Source of the DNA: Mobula hypostoma
Taxonomy: Eukaryota
Assembly (NCBI RefSeq): GCF_963921235.1
Contig: NC_086100.1
Coordinates: forward strand, 203,052,001-203,116,000
Reading direction: 5' to 3'
Length of the DNA: 64,000 bases
Both the position numbers and the translations under genes were made by a program. Of the stretch, positions 25,801-39,344 are shown one piece after another. Under the pieces are notes generated by a model. That model had not been told where the DNA came from, made no database searches, and worked only from the letters and a program-made list of their open reading frames with translations. Numbering within the stretch: the stretch's first letter is position 1; each line of letters opens with the position of its first letter.

Positions 25801-26060
25801 TGACACCATGACCACCTGGCCCGCCTCTCAACGGTGTTCCATCCTCCTCAGTAAAGTCAAATTGTTTTCACCTGTTCAGATCTCTCATCATGTGTACAGC
25901 ACTCCTGGGTTCCTGGTAACCTATATTCAGCTTCATTTCTTTTCATCTGCCACAGTGCACACCAACATCCCCTTCGGCACACTTTCGATGACCCGATCTG
26001 CTTTTGGAACGGGGAGAAAGGACTTTTATCATAGACAAGAAGGGTAAAGCTGAACGTTTT
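22870..26060 (+). mobile_element. Degenerate Ty3/Gypsy element (PR, RT, RH, IN remnants)
   Basis: LLCDRGAQVRVLP..ATNGS..QTYG (PR), KTAVIIPFGCFEF..FGLKNAAETFQR..HLDD (RT), TDASDYAVGAV (RH), IN remnants after ~25100. Confidence 0.85.
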
Positions 26061-26064
26061 TCAG

Positions 26065-27165
26065 CACAAGACATTAGAGCAGAATTAGGCCATTCAGCCC
26101 ATCAAGTCTGCTCTGCCATTCCATCATGCTGATCACAGGTCCCACTCAAACCCATACACCTGCCTTCTCGCTATGTCCTTTAATGCCCCGACCAATCAGG
26201 AAACTATCAACTTCCACCTTAAATATACCCACAGTCTCTACCGCAGTCTGTGACAGAGTATTCCACAGATTCACCACTCTTTGGCTAAAATAATTCTTCC
26301 TTAACTCTGTTCTAAAAGGTCACCCCTCAAGTCTGAGTCTAGGATGCAAAACTGGGCTGAGAAGTGGCAGATTGAGTTCAACCCAGATAAGTGTGAGGTG
26401 GTTCATTTTGGTAGGCAAATATGATGGCAGAATATAGCATTAATGGTTAGACTTGGCAGTGTGGAGGATCAGAGGATCTTGGGGTCCGAGTCCATAGGAC
26501 ACTCAAAGCTGCTGTGCAGATTGACTCTGTGGTTAAGAAGGCATAAGATGCATTGGCCTTCATCAACCATGGGATTGAGTTTAAGAGCCGAGAGGTAACG
26601 TTACAGCTATGTAGAACCCTGGTCAGACCCCACTTGGAGTACTGTGCTCCGATCTGGTCTCCTCAGTACAGGAAGGATGTGGAAACTATAGAAAGGGTGC
26701 AGAGGAGATTTACAGTGATGTTGCCTGAATTGGGGAGCATGCCTTACGAGAATAAGTTGAGTGAACTTGGCCTTTTCTCCTTGGGAGCGATGGAGGATGA
26801 GAGGCGACTTGATAGAGGTATAAAAGATGATGAGAAGTATTGATTGTGTGGATAGTCAGGGGCTTTTTCCCAGGGTTGAAATGGCTGCCACAAGAGGGCA
26901 CAGGTTTAAGGTGCTTGGAAGTAGGTACAGAGGAGATGTCAGGGGTAAGTTTTTTACACAGAGAGTGGTGAGTGCGTGGAATGGGCTGCTAGCGACAGTG
27001 GTGGAGGTGGATACGATAGAGTCTGTTAAGAGACTTTTGGATAGGTACATGGAGCTTAGAAAAATAGAGGGCTATGGGTGACCCTAAGTACTTTCTGAAG
27101 TAAGTACATGTTCGGTACAGCATCGTGGGCCGAAGGGCCTGTATTGTGCTGTAGTTTTTCTGTTT
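26065..27165. mobile_element. Two CR1 3' fragments (26065-26335 minus; 26340-27165 plus)
   Basis: CR1 tails and RPHLEYC / FFTQRVV motifs. Confidence 0.85.
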
Positions 27166-27169
27166 CTGG

Positions 27170-27902
27170 GAGTGCCTCAAAGAATGAATGATGGTTAAAC
27201 ATTAGAACCCCAAAGGGCCCCTCCAGTTCCCCCCTCCCATGCACAAACAGCAGCAAGGCAACGTTGTCCCCCTCCCCTACCAGCAAAGAAAGCATCTGTG
27301 CCCTCCACCAAGCACTCAGGCATGCAGCAAAGCAACAATAAAGACACAGACTTGCAGTAACCAAAGACTACTTGTTCACCCAGTAATTCGACATACCACA
27401 GGCTCACTCTCCCTGATAAGGGAAAAAGGGTTGTCTCCATTTCACCGCGAGAGGGGAGACATAACAAACGACTCACTGATTTATGATGTTAAAAATCTGT
27501 TGTGTCGCTTTTTCCGAGTTCTGCGCCTGGAGAGTCGGCCCCAGGGCCTAGGTCTCAGATCAGACAGTCCACAGCAGCAACCCACTGCTTCTGATATCCC
27601 GTGTTCTCCTGCAACGTCTCAGTTGGGGGCACCAGCCTCGAATAGACCCTTCTCCTGAGCCACGAAAATCCGGCACCCAGCAGGCGTGCTAGTCTTTCAG
27701 GCCACGTCCTTGGGATATCAAAGAGCGGCTGGTCGTGAGGCTGTGAGAGTGTGTCCCATCTGGCAAAGAACCAAATTTAGAGTGAAACTCCAGGTCAGGG
27801 TTTTCAAAAGAACCTTGAAAAGGAAAAAAAGAGATATCAAAGATAGAAATAAAGCTGTTTCCAAAGATGCAAGCAAAAGAGGCACCATTTAGCACCATCT
27901 CA
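27170..27902 (-). mobile_element. Unclassified non-autonomous interspersed element
   Basis: starts AGATGGTGC on minus strand; no recognisable protein; bounded by CR1 pieces. Confidence 0.4.
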
Positions 27903-28490
27903 GATTCCTTCCGAACTCCCTGTATTCTGTTTTCAGGACCTCCTCCCTTTTTCTGCCTATGTCATTGGTACCAATATTTACCACGACCTCTGGATGCTCA
28001 CCCTCCCTTTTCAGGATATTGTGGATGGGTTCAGAAACATCACGGCCCCTGGCACCTGGGGGGCAAACTACCATCCGTATCTCCTTCTCATGTCCACAGA
28101 ATCGCCTGTTGCCGTAACTATAGAATTCCCTATTGTTGCTGCCACCCTGTTCAGTTTCGTGCCCATCTGAGCCACAGGGCCAGACTCAGGGCCACTCTTG
28201 CTTTCCCCAGGTAGGCTGCCCCCCCAGCGGTATTCAAAGTGACCAACTTACTGTTGAGGCAGATGGCCTCGGGTACTCTCCACTCTCTGACCATCTCTCT
28301 TCTCTCTCTTGAAAGTCACCCATTTATCTGTCTCCTGTAACCTTGGGGTGACTTCCTCTGTAGCTGTTGTCTATCTCCTCTTCACTTTCCCTAATAAGCC
28401 GCAGGTCATCAAGCTGCAGTTTCCATTTCTTTCTCACCGTCTCTAAGGAGTTGCTTCTCGATACACCTGGCACAGATATGGCCGTCGGGG
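27903..28490 (-). mobile_element. CR1 ORF1 fragment
   Basis: MVVCPPGAR..EVVVNIGTNDIGRK (esterase) and HICARC. Confidence 0.75.
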
Positions 28491-28499
28491 GGGGGGGGC

Positions 28500-29910
28500 T
28501 GCCTTAATGACTGTCGCCCGGTAGCACTCACATCGACAGTGATGAAATGCGTCGAGAGGTTGCTCATGACTAGACTGAACTCCTGCCTCAGCAAGGACCT
28601 GGACCCATTGCAATTTGCCTATCGCCACAATAGGTCAACGGCAGATGCAATCTCCATGGCTCTTCACACGGCTTTAGACCACCTAGACAACACAAACACC
28701 TATGTCAAGATGCTGTTTTTCGACTGTAACTCAGCACTTAATACCATCATTCCCACAATCCTAATTGAGAAATTGTAGAACCTGGGCCTCTGTACCTCCC
28801 TCTGTAATTGGATCCTTGACTTCCTAACCAGAAGACAACAGTCTGTGTGAATTGGTGATAACATATCCTCTTCGCTGACGATCAACACTGGTACACCTGC
28901 TCACTGCTCTACTCTCTGTATACACATGACTGTGTGGCTAGGCATAGCTCAAACGCCATCTACAAATTTGCTGACGATACAACTACTGTTGGTGGAATCT
29001 CAGGTGGTGACGAGAGGGCGTACAGGAGTGAGATATGCCAACTAGTGGAGTGGTGTCGCAACAACAACCTGGCACTCAACGTCAGTAAGATGAAAGAGCT
29101 GATTGTGGACTTCAGGAAGGGTAAGACAAAGGAACACATACCAATCCTCATAGAGGGATCAGGAGTAGGGAGATGAGCAGTTTCAAGTTCCTGGGTGTCA
29201 AGATCTCTGAGGATCTAACCTGGTCCCAACACACTGATGTAGTTATAAAGAAGGCAAGACAGCATCTATACTTTATTAGGAGTTTGAAGCGATTTGGCAT
29301 GTCAATAAATACGCTCAAAAACTTCTATAGTTGTACTGTGGAGAGCATTCTGACAGGCTGCATCACTGTCTGGTATGGAGAGGGCTACTGCACAGAACTA
29401 TAAAAAGCTGCAGAAGGTTGTAAATTTAGTCAGCTCCATCTTGGGCACTAGCCTGCAAAGTACCCAGGACATCTTTAGGAAGCGGTGTCTCAGAAAGGCA
29501 GCATCCATTATTAAGGTCCCCCAGCACCCAGGGCATGCCCTTTTCTCACTGTTACCATCAGGTAGGAGGTACAGAAGCCTGAAGGCACACACTCAGCGAT
29601 TCAGGAACAGCTTCTTCCCCTCTGGCATCCGATTCCTAAATGGGCATTGAAGCTTTGGACAGTACCTCACTTTTTTTTTATATACATTATTTCTGTTTTT
29701 TGCACTTTTTAAAATCTATTCAATATACACATACAGTAATTGATTTACTTATTATTATTATTATTTTATTTATTATTATGTTTTCCTCTTCTATATTATG
29801 TATAGCATTGAACCGCTGCTGCTAAGTTAACAAATTTCACGTCACATGCTGGTGTTAATAAACCTGATTCTGATCCTGATTCAGTATTCTGATTCTGATT
29901 CTGATTCTGA
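28500..29910 (+). mobile_element. Rex-type LINE RT 3' part with (GATTCT)n tail
   Basis: [36 protein letters not shown] then (TGATTC)n 29865-29910. Confidence 0.9.
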
Positions 29911-30174
29911 ACCCTTCCTGTAACCTATGGACTCACTTTCAAGGGCTCGTCATCTCATGTTCTTGATATTTATTGCCTTTTCTTTTTGGATTTTCACAGT
30001 TTGTTACCTTTTGCATAATGATTGTCAGACCTGTTTGTGGCGGTCTCTCATTGACTTTTTTCTGTGTTTCTTGTATTTACTGTGAATATCCACAAATAAA
30101 CAAATCTTGTATGCAGTAACATATATGGATTTTGATAATAAGTTTACTTTGAACTTCCCTGACTGTGACTATAA

Positions 30175-32795
30175 CATACGAGGAGCAGATAGGGAGACAG
30201 ATTCTGGAACGGTGCAATACTAATAGCGTTGTTGTGATGGGAAATTTTAACTTTCCTAATATTGATTGGCGTCTCCTTCGTGCAGGGGTTTTAGCTGGGG
30301 TGGAGTTTGTTAGGTGTGTTCGGGAAGGTTTCCTGACGCAATATGTAGATAAGCCAACGAGAGGACAGGCTGTACTTGATCTGATTTTGGGAAATGAACC
30401 TGGTCAGGTGTCAGGTCTCTCATTGGGAGAGAATTGTGGAGATAATGACCTCAACTCTGTCTACTACACCATAGAGCTGCTGAGGGATAGGAGCAGACAA
30501 TTTGGGAAAACATTGAATTCAGGTAGGGAGAAATATGGGCTATTAAGCTGGAGGTGCAGCTCGATGACCTTTGTCTGGTGAAGGGAGAGTGAGGAGATGA
30601 TAGAGAGGAGCTAAAGGCAGGTGGTCACACTGGGGCCTCGGGAGTCAGATAAGTGGGTCACAGTCAGGAGAGGAAAGGGGAAGAGTCAGGTACTAGAGAG
30701 TACCCCTATGGCTGTTTGAGTACTGTTGGGAGAGACAGCCTACCTGGGGAAGCAACAGTGGCGTGCCTCTGGCACAGATTCTGGCTCTATGGCTCAGAAG
30801 GGTAGGGAAAGGAAGAGGAAGGCAGTAGTGACAGGGGACTCTATAGTTAGGGGGTCAGACAGGCGCTTCTGTGGACACAGGAAAGAAACGCGGATGGTAG
30901 TTAGCCTCCCAGGTGCCAAGGTCCAGGATGTTTCAGATCGCGTCCACGATATCCTGGAGTGGGAGGGAGAACAGCCAGAGGTCGTGGTACATATTGATAC
31001 CAACGATATAGGTAGGAAAGGGAGGAGGTCCTAAAAACACAATACAGAGAGTTAGGAAAGAAGTTGAGAAGCAGGACCTCAAAGGTAGTAATCTTGGGAT
31101 TACTGCCTGTGCCAGGTGACAGTGAGTATAGGAATAGAGTGAGGTGGAGGATAAATGCGTGGCTGAGGGATTGGAGCAGGGGGCAGGGATTCAGATTTCT
31201 GGATCACTGGGACCTCTTTTGGGGCAGGTGTGACCTGTACAAAAAGGACGGGTTGCACTTGAATCCCAGGGGGACCAATATCCTGGCGGGGAGGTTTGCT
31301 AAGGCTTTTGGGCAGAGTTTAAACTAAAATTGCTGGGGGTGGGAACCAAACTGAAGTGCCGGAAGAAGTGGCAGTTGGCTCACAAATAGAGAAAGCTTGG
31401 AGACAGTATGAAGGGGAGGATAGGCAGGTGATAGAGAAGAGATACGCTCAGTCCGATAGTTTGACATGTTTCTATTTTAATGCGAGGAGTATCATGAGTA
31501 AAGCAATGAGCTTAGAGTGTGGATCAGCACTTGGAGCTGTGATGTTGTAGCCATTACAGAGACTTGGATGGTGCAGGGGCAGTAATGGTTACTGAGAGTG
31601 CCAGACTTTAGGTGTTTCAGAAAGGACAGGGAGGGAGGCAAATGAAGTGGGGCGTGGCACTGTTGATCAGAGATAGTGTCACGGCTATGGAAAAGGAGGA
31701 GGTCATGGAGGGGTTGTCTACGGAGTCTCTGTGGGTGGAGGTTAGGAATAGGAAGGGGTCAACTGGGTGTTTTTTATAGACCGCACAATAGTAACAGGGA
31801 CATCGAGGAACAGATTGAATGGCGGAGCAGACTTGATGGGCCAGATGGCCTAATTCTGCTCCTGTGTCTTATGGTCTTATGGTTGTAGATGGTTCGTATT
31901 CTGCATGGACGTTGGAGACCAGGGGTGTTCCATAAAGATCTCTTCTGGGCCCCCTCCTCTTTGTGATTTTTAGAAATGACCTGGATGAAAAAGTACAAGG
32001 GTGGGTTCATAAGTTAGTAAGGGTGGTTCATTTTGGTAGGTCAAATTTGAAGACAGAGTATAATATAAATGGCGAGACTCTTGGCAGTGTGGAGGATCTG
32101 AGAGATCTTGGGATCCATGTCAATAGGACCCTCAAAGCTGCTGCGCAGGTTGAGTGTTGTTAAGAAGGTGTGTGGTGTGTTGGCATTATTCAACTGTGGG
32201 ATTGAGTTCAAGAGCTCTGAGGTAATGTTGTGACTATATTGAACCTTGGTCAGACCCCACTTGGAGTACAGTGTTCAGTTCTGGTCACAGGAAGGATGTG
32301 GATACTATAGAGAGTGTAGAGGAGATCTACAAGGATGTTGCCTGGATTGGGGAGCATGCCTTGTGAGAATAGGTTGAGTATACTTTACCTTTTCTCCTTG
32401 GAGCGACGGAGGATGACAGGTGACCTGATAGAGGTGTATAAGATGATGAGAGGCATTGATTGTGTGGATAGTCAGAGGCTTTTTCCCAGGGCTGAAATGG
32501 CTGCCACAAGAAGACACAGGTTTAAGGTGCTTGGAAATGGGTACCGAGGGGATGTCAGGGGTAAACATTTCACACAGAGAGTGGTGGGTGCGTGAAATGC
32601 CCTGCCAGCGGCATTGGTGGAAGCAGATACAATAGGGTCTTTTACAAGCCTCCGAGGTGGGTACATGGAGCTTAGAAAAATAGACGGCTATGCGCTAGGG
32701 AAACCCTAAGCAGGCTGTAGAGTAAGTTACACGTCAGCAGAACATTGTGGGCCGAAGGGCCTGTAATGTACTGTAAATTTCTATGTTCTATGTTT
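30175..32795 (+). mobile_element. Cluster of CR1 fragments: EN piece, ORF1 with SGNH esterase + ORF2 start, RT 3' end
   Basis: GNFNFPNIDW; VVTGDSIVRG...DTNDI...DGLHLN (SGNH motifs); CR1 3' end and tail ~32780. Confidence 0.88.
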
Positions 32796-33057
32796 CTCAC
32801 GGCACGTTGCTCCTTCAGTTTCCCTGTTTTATTGCTGTCCATTTTTCTCTAACTTCCTCAATCCTGAAAGAAAGCTGCAGCTTCTGGAGAGACATGATCG
32901 GTAACAATATATCTGTGAGAATAGACTTAGGCTGAGAAACCAATTACGAAGCCAAATGAAAAAAATCTGCATTAATTCCCAGAGCTTAGAATGTTGTGTC
33001 ATTCCTTTTCTCTTGAACTGTGCAAATGTTATTGTGACGATTGTCTTTCACCCTCAG

Positions 33058-33216
33058 CTCGGAATTGTATCCGGTTGCAAGTACTGGAACTGGATCATGT
33101 GACTGAAATAAACCAGGAGGTAGCAGCAGAAGTTTGTCGAGAGGGTCTAAAAGGATTAGAAATGCTGGTACTGACATCAACCCCAGTCACACCGAAAGCT
33201 TTGTTACATTTTAACA
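33058..33216 (+). CDS. FBXO41: FBXO41 internal coding exon
   Basis: ctcAG acceptor, GTaagt donor; 159 nt, phase 1-1; (A)RNCIRLQVLELDHVTEINQEVAAEVCREGLKGLEMLVLTSTPVTPKALLHFN. Confidence 0.95.
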
Positions 33217-33271
33217 GTAAGTATATTTGTTCTTGGATGCAATTACTACATTTTACGTAAGCAGACTATTC

Positions 33272-34925
33272 ATAAGATCATAAGATATAGGAGCAGATGT
33301 AGGCCATTCGGCCCATTGAGTCTGCTCTGCCATTCAGATATGGGTTGATGCAATTCTTCCAGTCATCCCCACTCCCCTGCCTTCTCCCCATACCCTTTGA
33401 TGCCCTGGCTAATCAAGAACCTATCTATCTCTGCCTTAAACGCACGCAATGACTTGGCCTCCACAGCTGCTCGTGGCAACAAATTCCACAGATTTACCAC
33501 CTTCTGACTAAAGTAATTTCTCCGCATCTCTGTTCTAAATGGATATCCTTCAATCCTGAAGTCGTGCCCTCTTGTCCTAGAATCCCCTACCATGGGAAAT
33601 AACTTCGCCATATCTAATCTGTTTAGGCCTTTTAACATTCGGAATGTTTCTATGAGATCCCCTCTCATTCTCCTGAACTCCAGGGAATACAGCCCAAGAG
33701 CTGCCAGATGTTCCTCATACAGTAACCCTTTCATTTCTGGAATCGTTCTCGTGAATCTTCTCTGAACCATCTCCAATGTCAGTATATCCTTTTTAAAATA
33801 AGGAGCCCAAAACTGCACACAGTACTCCAAGTGTGGTCTCACGAGTGCCTTATAGAGCCTCAACATCACATTCCTGCTCTTATATTCTGTATCTCTAGAA
33901 ATGTATACCAACATTGCATTTGCCTTCTTCACAACCGACTCAACCTGGAGGTTAACCTTAAGGGTATCCTGCATAAGGACTCTCAAGTCACTTTGCATTT
34001 CTGCATTTTGAAATCTTTCCCCATCTAAATAATGGTATGTTCGTTTATTTTTTCCACCAGTGTGCATGACCATACACTTTCCAACATTGTATTTCATTTG
34101 CCACTTCTTTGCCCATTTCCCTAAACTGTCTAACTGTGTCTGCAGGCTCTCTGTTTCCTCAACACTACCCACTCCTCCACCTATCTTTTGTATCATCGTC
34201 AAATTTAGCCACAAATCCATTAATCCCACAATCCAAATGATTAACATACATCTTAAAAAGCAGCGGTCCCAACACTGACCCCTGTGGAACTCCACTGGTA
34301 ACCGGCAGCCACCCAGAATAGGATCCCTTTATTCCCAGTCCCTGTTTCCTGCTGATCAGCCAATGCTCCACTCATGCTAGTAACTTCCCTGTAATTCCAT
34401 GGGCTCTTATCTTGCTAAACAGCCTCATGTGCAGCACCTTGTCAAAGGCCTTCTGAAAATCCAAGTACACCACATCTACTGCATCTCCTTTGTCTACCCT
34501 GCTTGTAATTTCCTCAAAAAATTGTAGTAGTTTGTTCAGGCTGGATTTTCCTTTCAGGAAACCATGCTGTCTTTGGCCTATCTTGTCATGTGCCTCCATG
34601 TACTCTGTAATCTCATCCCTAACAATCGATTCCAACAACTTCCCAACCACTGATGTCAGGCTAACAGGTCTATAGTTTCCTTTCTGCTGCCTCCCACCCT
34701 TCTTAAATAGCGGAGTAACATTTGCAATTTTCCAGTCATCCGGTACAATGCCAGAATCTTGATTCTGAAAGAGCATTGTTAATGCCTCCGCAAACTCTCC
34801 AGCTACTTCCTTCAGAATCCAAGGGTGCATTCCATCAGGTCCAGCAGATTTATCCATTCTCAGACGATTAAGTTTCCTGAGCACCTTCTAAGTCGTAATT
34901 TTCACTGCACATACTTCACTTCCAC
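33272..34925 (-). mobile_element. CR1 RT and 3' end
   Basis: ORFs 34372-34884, 34165-34371 and 33363-34295 with NYRPVSLTS, GVPQGSVLGP, RPHLEYCVQFW. Confidence 0.92.
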
Positions 34926-35014
34926 TTTATTCATAGTAAAGTTATTATTGTCACATGTCCCTGCCTGGATTAGTGAGCATTTCTTATGAGGCTATGTTGA
35001 GCAAGCTGGGGCTT

Positions 35015-37445
35015 TTGATGGCTTTGTTGCAAAGTTTTCAGATAATATGAAGATAGGTGGACGGGCAGGTAGTTTTGAGGAAGTAGAGAGGCTACAGAAG
35101 GACTTAGATGAATTAAGAGAATGGGCAAAGAAATGGCAGATGGAATACGGTGTCAGGAAGTGTATGGTCATGTACTTTGGTAATAAAGGAAATAAAAGTA
35201 TTGACTATTTTCTAAATGAAGAGAAAATACAACATACTGAGGTGTAAAGGGACTTGGAGGCTTTCTGCAGGATTCCCTAAAGGTCAATTTGTAGGTTAAG
35301 TCAACAGTCAGGAAGATAAATGTGATGTTGGCTTCATTTCAAGAGGACTAGAATATAAAAGCAACATGTAATGTTGAGACTTTATAAAGCATGGTGAGGC
35401 CCATTATTGGTGTATTGTGAGCAGTTTTAGGCCTATTATCTTAGAAAGGATATGCTGAAACTGGAGAGAATTCAGAGGAGGTTCACGAAAATGATTCCAA
35501 GAATGAATGCCTTGTCATATGAAGAGTGCTTGATGGCTCTGGGCCTGTACTCACTAGAACTCAGAAGAATGAGGGGTGATCTGATTGAAACCTATCAAAG
35601 TGTGAAAGGCCTTGATAGAGGGTGGATGTGGCAAGAATGTTTCCAATGGCGGGAGAGTCTAAGACCAGAGGACACAGCCTCAGAATAGAGGGGTGATGTT
35701 TTAGAATGGAGATGTGAAAGAATTTCTTTAGCCAGGTGGTGAATCTGTGGAATTCATTGCCACAAGTGACTGGGGAGGCCAAGTATTTATGTATGTTTAA
35801 GGCAGAGGTTGCTAGATTGTTAATTGGTCAGAGCATGAAGGCAGGAGATAGGGACTGAGAAAAAACGGATGAACAGTGATGAAACTTGAGATGTGAGAGA
35901 ATAGGACCAAATCAAGTGTGACAGTGGAAAAGTGTGTATGGAACCGGAGGAATAGCAGAGGTACTTAATGAATATTTTGCTTCAGTATTCACTACAGAAA
36001 AAGATCTTGGCAATTGTAGGGATGACTTACAGCAGACTGAAAAGCTTGAGCATACAGACATTCAGAAAGAGGATGTGCTGGAGTTTTTGGAAAGCATCAA
36101 GTTGGGTAAGTCACCGGGACCGGATGAGATGTAGCCCAGGCTACTGTGGGAGGCGAGGGAGGAGATTGCTGAGCCTCTGGCGATAATCTTTGCATCATCA
36201 ATGGGGACGGGAGAGGTTCTGGAGTATTGGAGGGTTGCAGATGTTCCCTTATTCAAGAAAGGGAGTAGAGCTAGCCCAGGAAATTATAGACCAGTTAGTC
36301 TTACTTCAGTGGTTGGTAAGTTGATGAAAAAGATCCTGAGAGGCAGGATTTATGAACATTTGGAGAGGCAAAATACTGAGGGGACCTTGCTTTGTATATG
36401 CAGAATTGGCTTCCTCACAGTAGGCAAAGGGGAGTTGTAGACAGGTCATGGAGGTCGGTGACCAGTGGTGTGTCTTGGGGATCTGTTCTGGGACCCCTTC
36501 TCTTCTTGATTTTTATAAATTACCTGGATGAGGCCGTGGAGGGATGGGTTAATAAATTTGCTGATGACACAAAGGATGGGGGTGTCGTGAATAGTGTGGA
36601 GGGCTGTCAGAGGTTACAGAGGGACATTAACAGGATGCAAAACTGGGCTGAAAAGTGGCAGATGGAGTTAACCCAGATAAGTGTGAGGTGGTTCATTTTG
36701 GTAGGTTAAATTTGAAGACAGAATATAATATAAATGGCAAGACTCTTGGCAGTGTGGAGGATCTGAGAGATCTTGTGGTCCGTGTCGATATGACACTCAA
36801 AGCTGCTGCACAGGTTGACAGTGTTGTTAAGAAGGCCTATGCTGTGTGGGCATTAATCAACTGTGGGATTGAGTTTAAGAACCAAGAGGTAATGTTGCAG
36901 CTATATAGGACCCTGGTCAGACCCCACTTGGAGTACTGTGTTCACTTCTGGTCGCCTCACTACAGGAAGGATGTGGAAACCATAGAAAGGGTGCAGAGGA
37001 GATTTACAAGGCTGTTGCCTGGATTGGGGAGCATGCCTTATGAGAATAGGTTGAGTGAACTCAGCCTTTTCTCCTTGGAGTGGCGGAGGATGAGAGGTGA
37101 TCTGATAGAGGCGTATAAGATAATGAGAGGCATTGATCGTGTGGATAGTCAGAGGCTTTTTCCCAGGCCTGAAATGGCTAACATGAGAGGGCACCATTTT
37201 AAGGTACTTGGAAGTAGATACAGACAGGATGTGAGGAGTAAGTTTTTTATGCTGAGAGTGGTGAGTGTGTGGAAAGGGCTGCCGGCAACAGCGGTGGAGG
37301 TGGATACGATAGGGTCTTTTAAGAGACTCCTGGATAGGTACATGGAGCTCAGAAAAATAGAGGGTTATGAGTATCCCTTGGTAATTTCTAAAGTAAGCTC
37401 ATGTTCGGCACAGCATTGTGCTGCAGGTTTTCTATGTTTCTACGA
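35015..37445 (+). mobile_element. Two tandem CR1 RT fragments (35015-35880; 35890-37445)
   Basis: CR1 RT motifs; ORF 36655-37554; tail TTCTATGTTC ~37430. Confidence 0.88.
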
Positions 37446-38309
37446 AATGGTGGAGCAAACGATATGGGCCAAATGGCATAATTCTGCTCCTATATATTAT
37501 GTTCTTTTGGTCTTATGGTCTTTTCTCCTTGTTGTGAAGGAGAATGAGAGGTGACTTGATTGAGATGTACAGGTGATTCGAGGCATATGAGGAGAATCTT
37601 TCCCAGGGTGGAAATGGCTAATGTGAAGGGGCATAACTCTAAGGTGTTGGGTGGAAAGATTAGGGGTGATGTCAGAGGTTAGTTTTATACCGAGGCTGAT
37701 GTGTGCGTGAAACATGCTCGTGGGTGCTGGTAGTGGTCAAGACATTAGGATGTTTACATCACAGATAAATTAGGGACTCTTAGATAGGTACCTGCATGTT
37801 TCTTTCAATGTTTCTTCAGGAAGGGTCTCGGCCTGAAACATCGAGTGTTTGTTCATTATCATTGATGCTGCCTGACCCACTCAGTCCCTCCTGCATTTTG
37901 TGTGTTTTGCTTTGGATTTCCAGCATCTGCAGATTCTCTCATGTGTATGATAGGTTCTTGATTGGATATGGCATCAAAGGTTACTGGGAGAAGGCCGGGA
38001 AATAGGATTGAGGAGGAGAAAAAAAAGTATCAGCCATGATTGAATGGCTGAATAGACTCAATGGGCCAAATGGCCTAATTCTGCTCCTGTGTCTTATGGT
38101 GTTATGATTTTCATCCCACTGCACCATAAGGATCTCTATCCGAATGCACCACCACGCTCTTAATCCCACTGTGCCACCAGGATTTCCATCGCTGTGCTTC
38201 ACCAGGCTCTCCTTCTCACAGCTCCACTGGCCCAGCATCCCCATGAACCCACAGGATCAGAATTCCACTGCACCACCAGGCTCACCATGCCACTGCTGCG
38301 GCAGTATCT

Positions 38310-39085
38310 CCATCCCAGTGCTCCACCAGTATTTATCCCACCTCTCCACCAGGACTCCATCCCACCTGTCCACTAGAGATCCATCTCTCCACTCCACCAG
38401 GGCCTCCATCCCTCCTCTCCACCAGGGATCCATCCCTCCTCTCCACCAGGGCTCCATCCCACTACTCCACCAGGGATCCATCCCTCCTCTCCACCAGGGC
38501 TCCATCCCTCCTCTCCACCAGGGCTCCATCCCACTACTCCACCAGGGATCCATCCCACCTCTCCACCAGGGCTCCATCCCTCCTCTCCACCAGGGCCTCC
38601 ATCCCTACTCCACCAGGGCTCCATCCCACCACTGCACCAGGGCTCCATCCCATCACTGCACCAGGGCTCCATCCCTCCTCTCCACCAGGGCTCCATCCCA
38701 CCTGTCCACCAGAGATCCATCTCTCCACTCCACCAGGGCCTCCATCCCTACTCCACCAGGGCTCCATCCCACCTGTCCACCAGGGATCCATCCCACCACT
38801 CCACCAGGGATCCATCCCTACTCCACCAGGCCTCCATCCCTCCTCTTCACCAGGGCTCCATCCCACTACTCCACCAGGGCCTCCATCTCTGCACTGCACC
38901 GGAGCTCCATCCCACCACTGCACCAGGCCTCCATCCCTCCTCTCCACCAGGCCTCCATCCCTCCTCTCCACCAGGGCTCCATCCCACCTCTCCACCAGGG
39001 CCTCCGTCCCACCACTCCACCAGGCCTCCATCCCTCCTCTCCACCAGAGCCTCCATCCCTCTACTCCACCAGGGCCTCCATCCCA
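38310..39085. repeat. 24-bp minisatellite, consensus ~CCATCCCTCCTCTCCACCAGGGCT
   Basis: roughly 30 tandem variant units directly visible; produces spurious (GSIPPLHQ)n ORFs. Confidence 0.95.
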
Positions 39086-39344
39086 TTGCTGTAGGACACT
39101 TGTATGATAAAGATCAACTCTTGACCTTACCTGCTCCAACCTGTGCACATTTGATTGTTTAATTATAATGGGCCCTATTTATTTTACTCCTTCTTTTCTT
39201 TACTCACTCTTTGGTTAAGTTAATGTTCAGAAATATACTTCTTTAATATTGTCAGCAATGTGCGATATATGTTATTTTATGCCAACAGGCTGTTGCAGGG
39301 CAGTAAATCACACAGCAGTCACACAAACAGGGGTAAAATACACT

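Noticed and set aside
32991..33260. ORF-track entries 32991-33260 and 22209-22397 as standalone genes
   Set aside because: They are FBXO41 exons read into flanking intron.
38310..39085. Chi-like octamer (CCTGGTGG) in the minisatellite unit
   Set aside because: One mismatch to bacterial Chi, with no established function in this context.
38144..39148. 316-aa Pro/His-rich ORF and overlapping Gly/Trp-rich antisense ORFs
   Set aside because: By-products of a 24-bp minisatellite that lacks stops in several frames; intronic, with no gene context.
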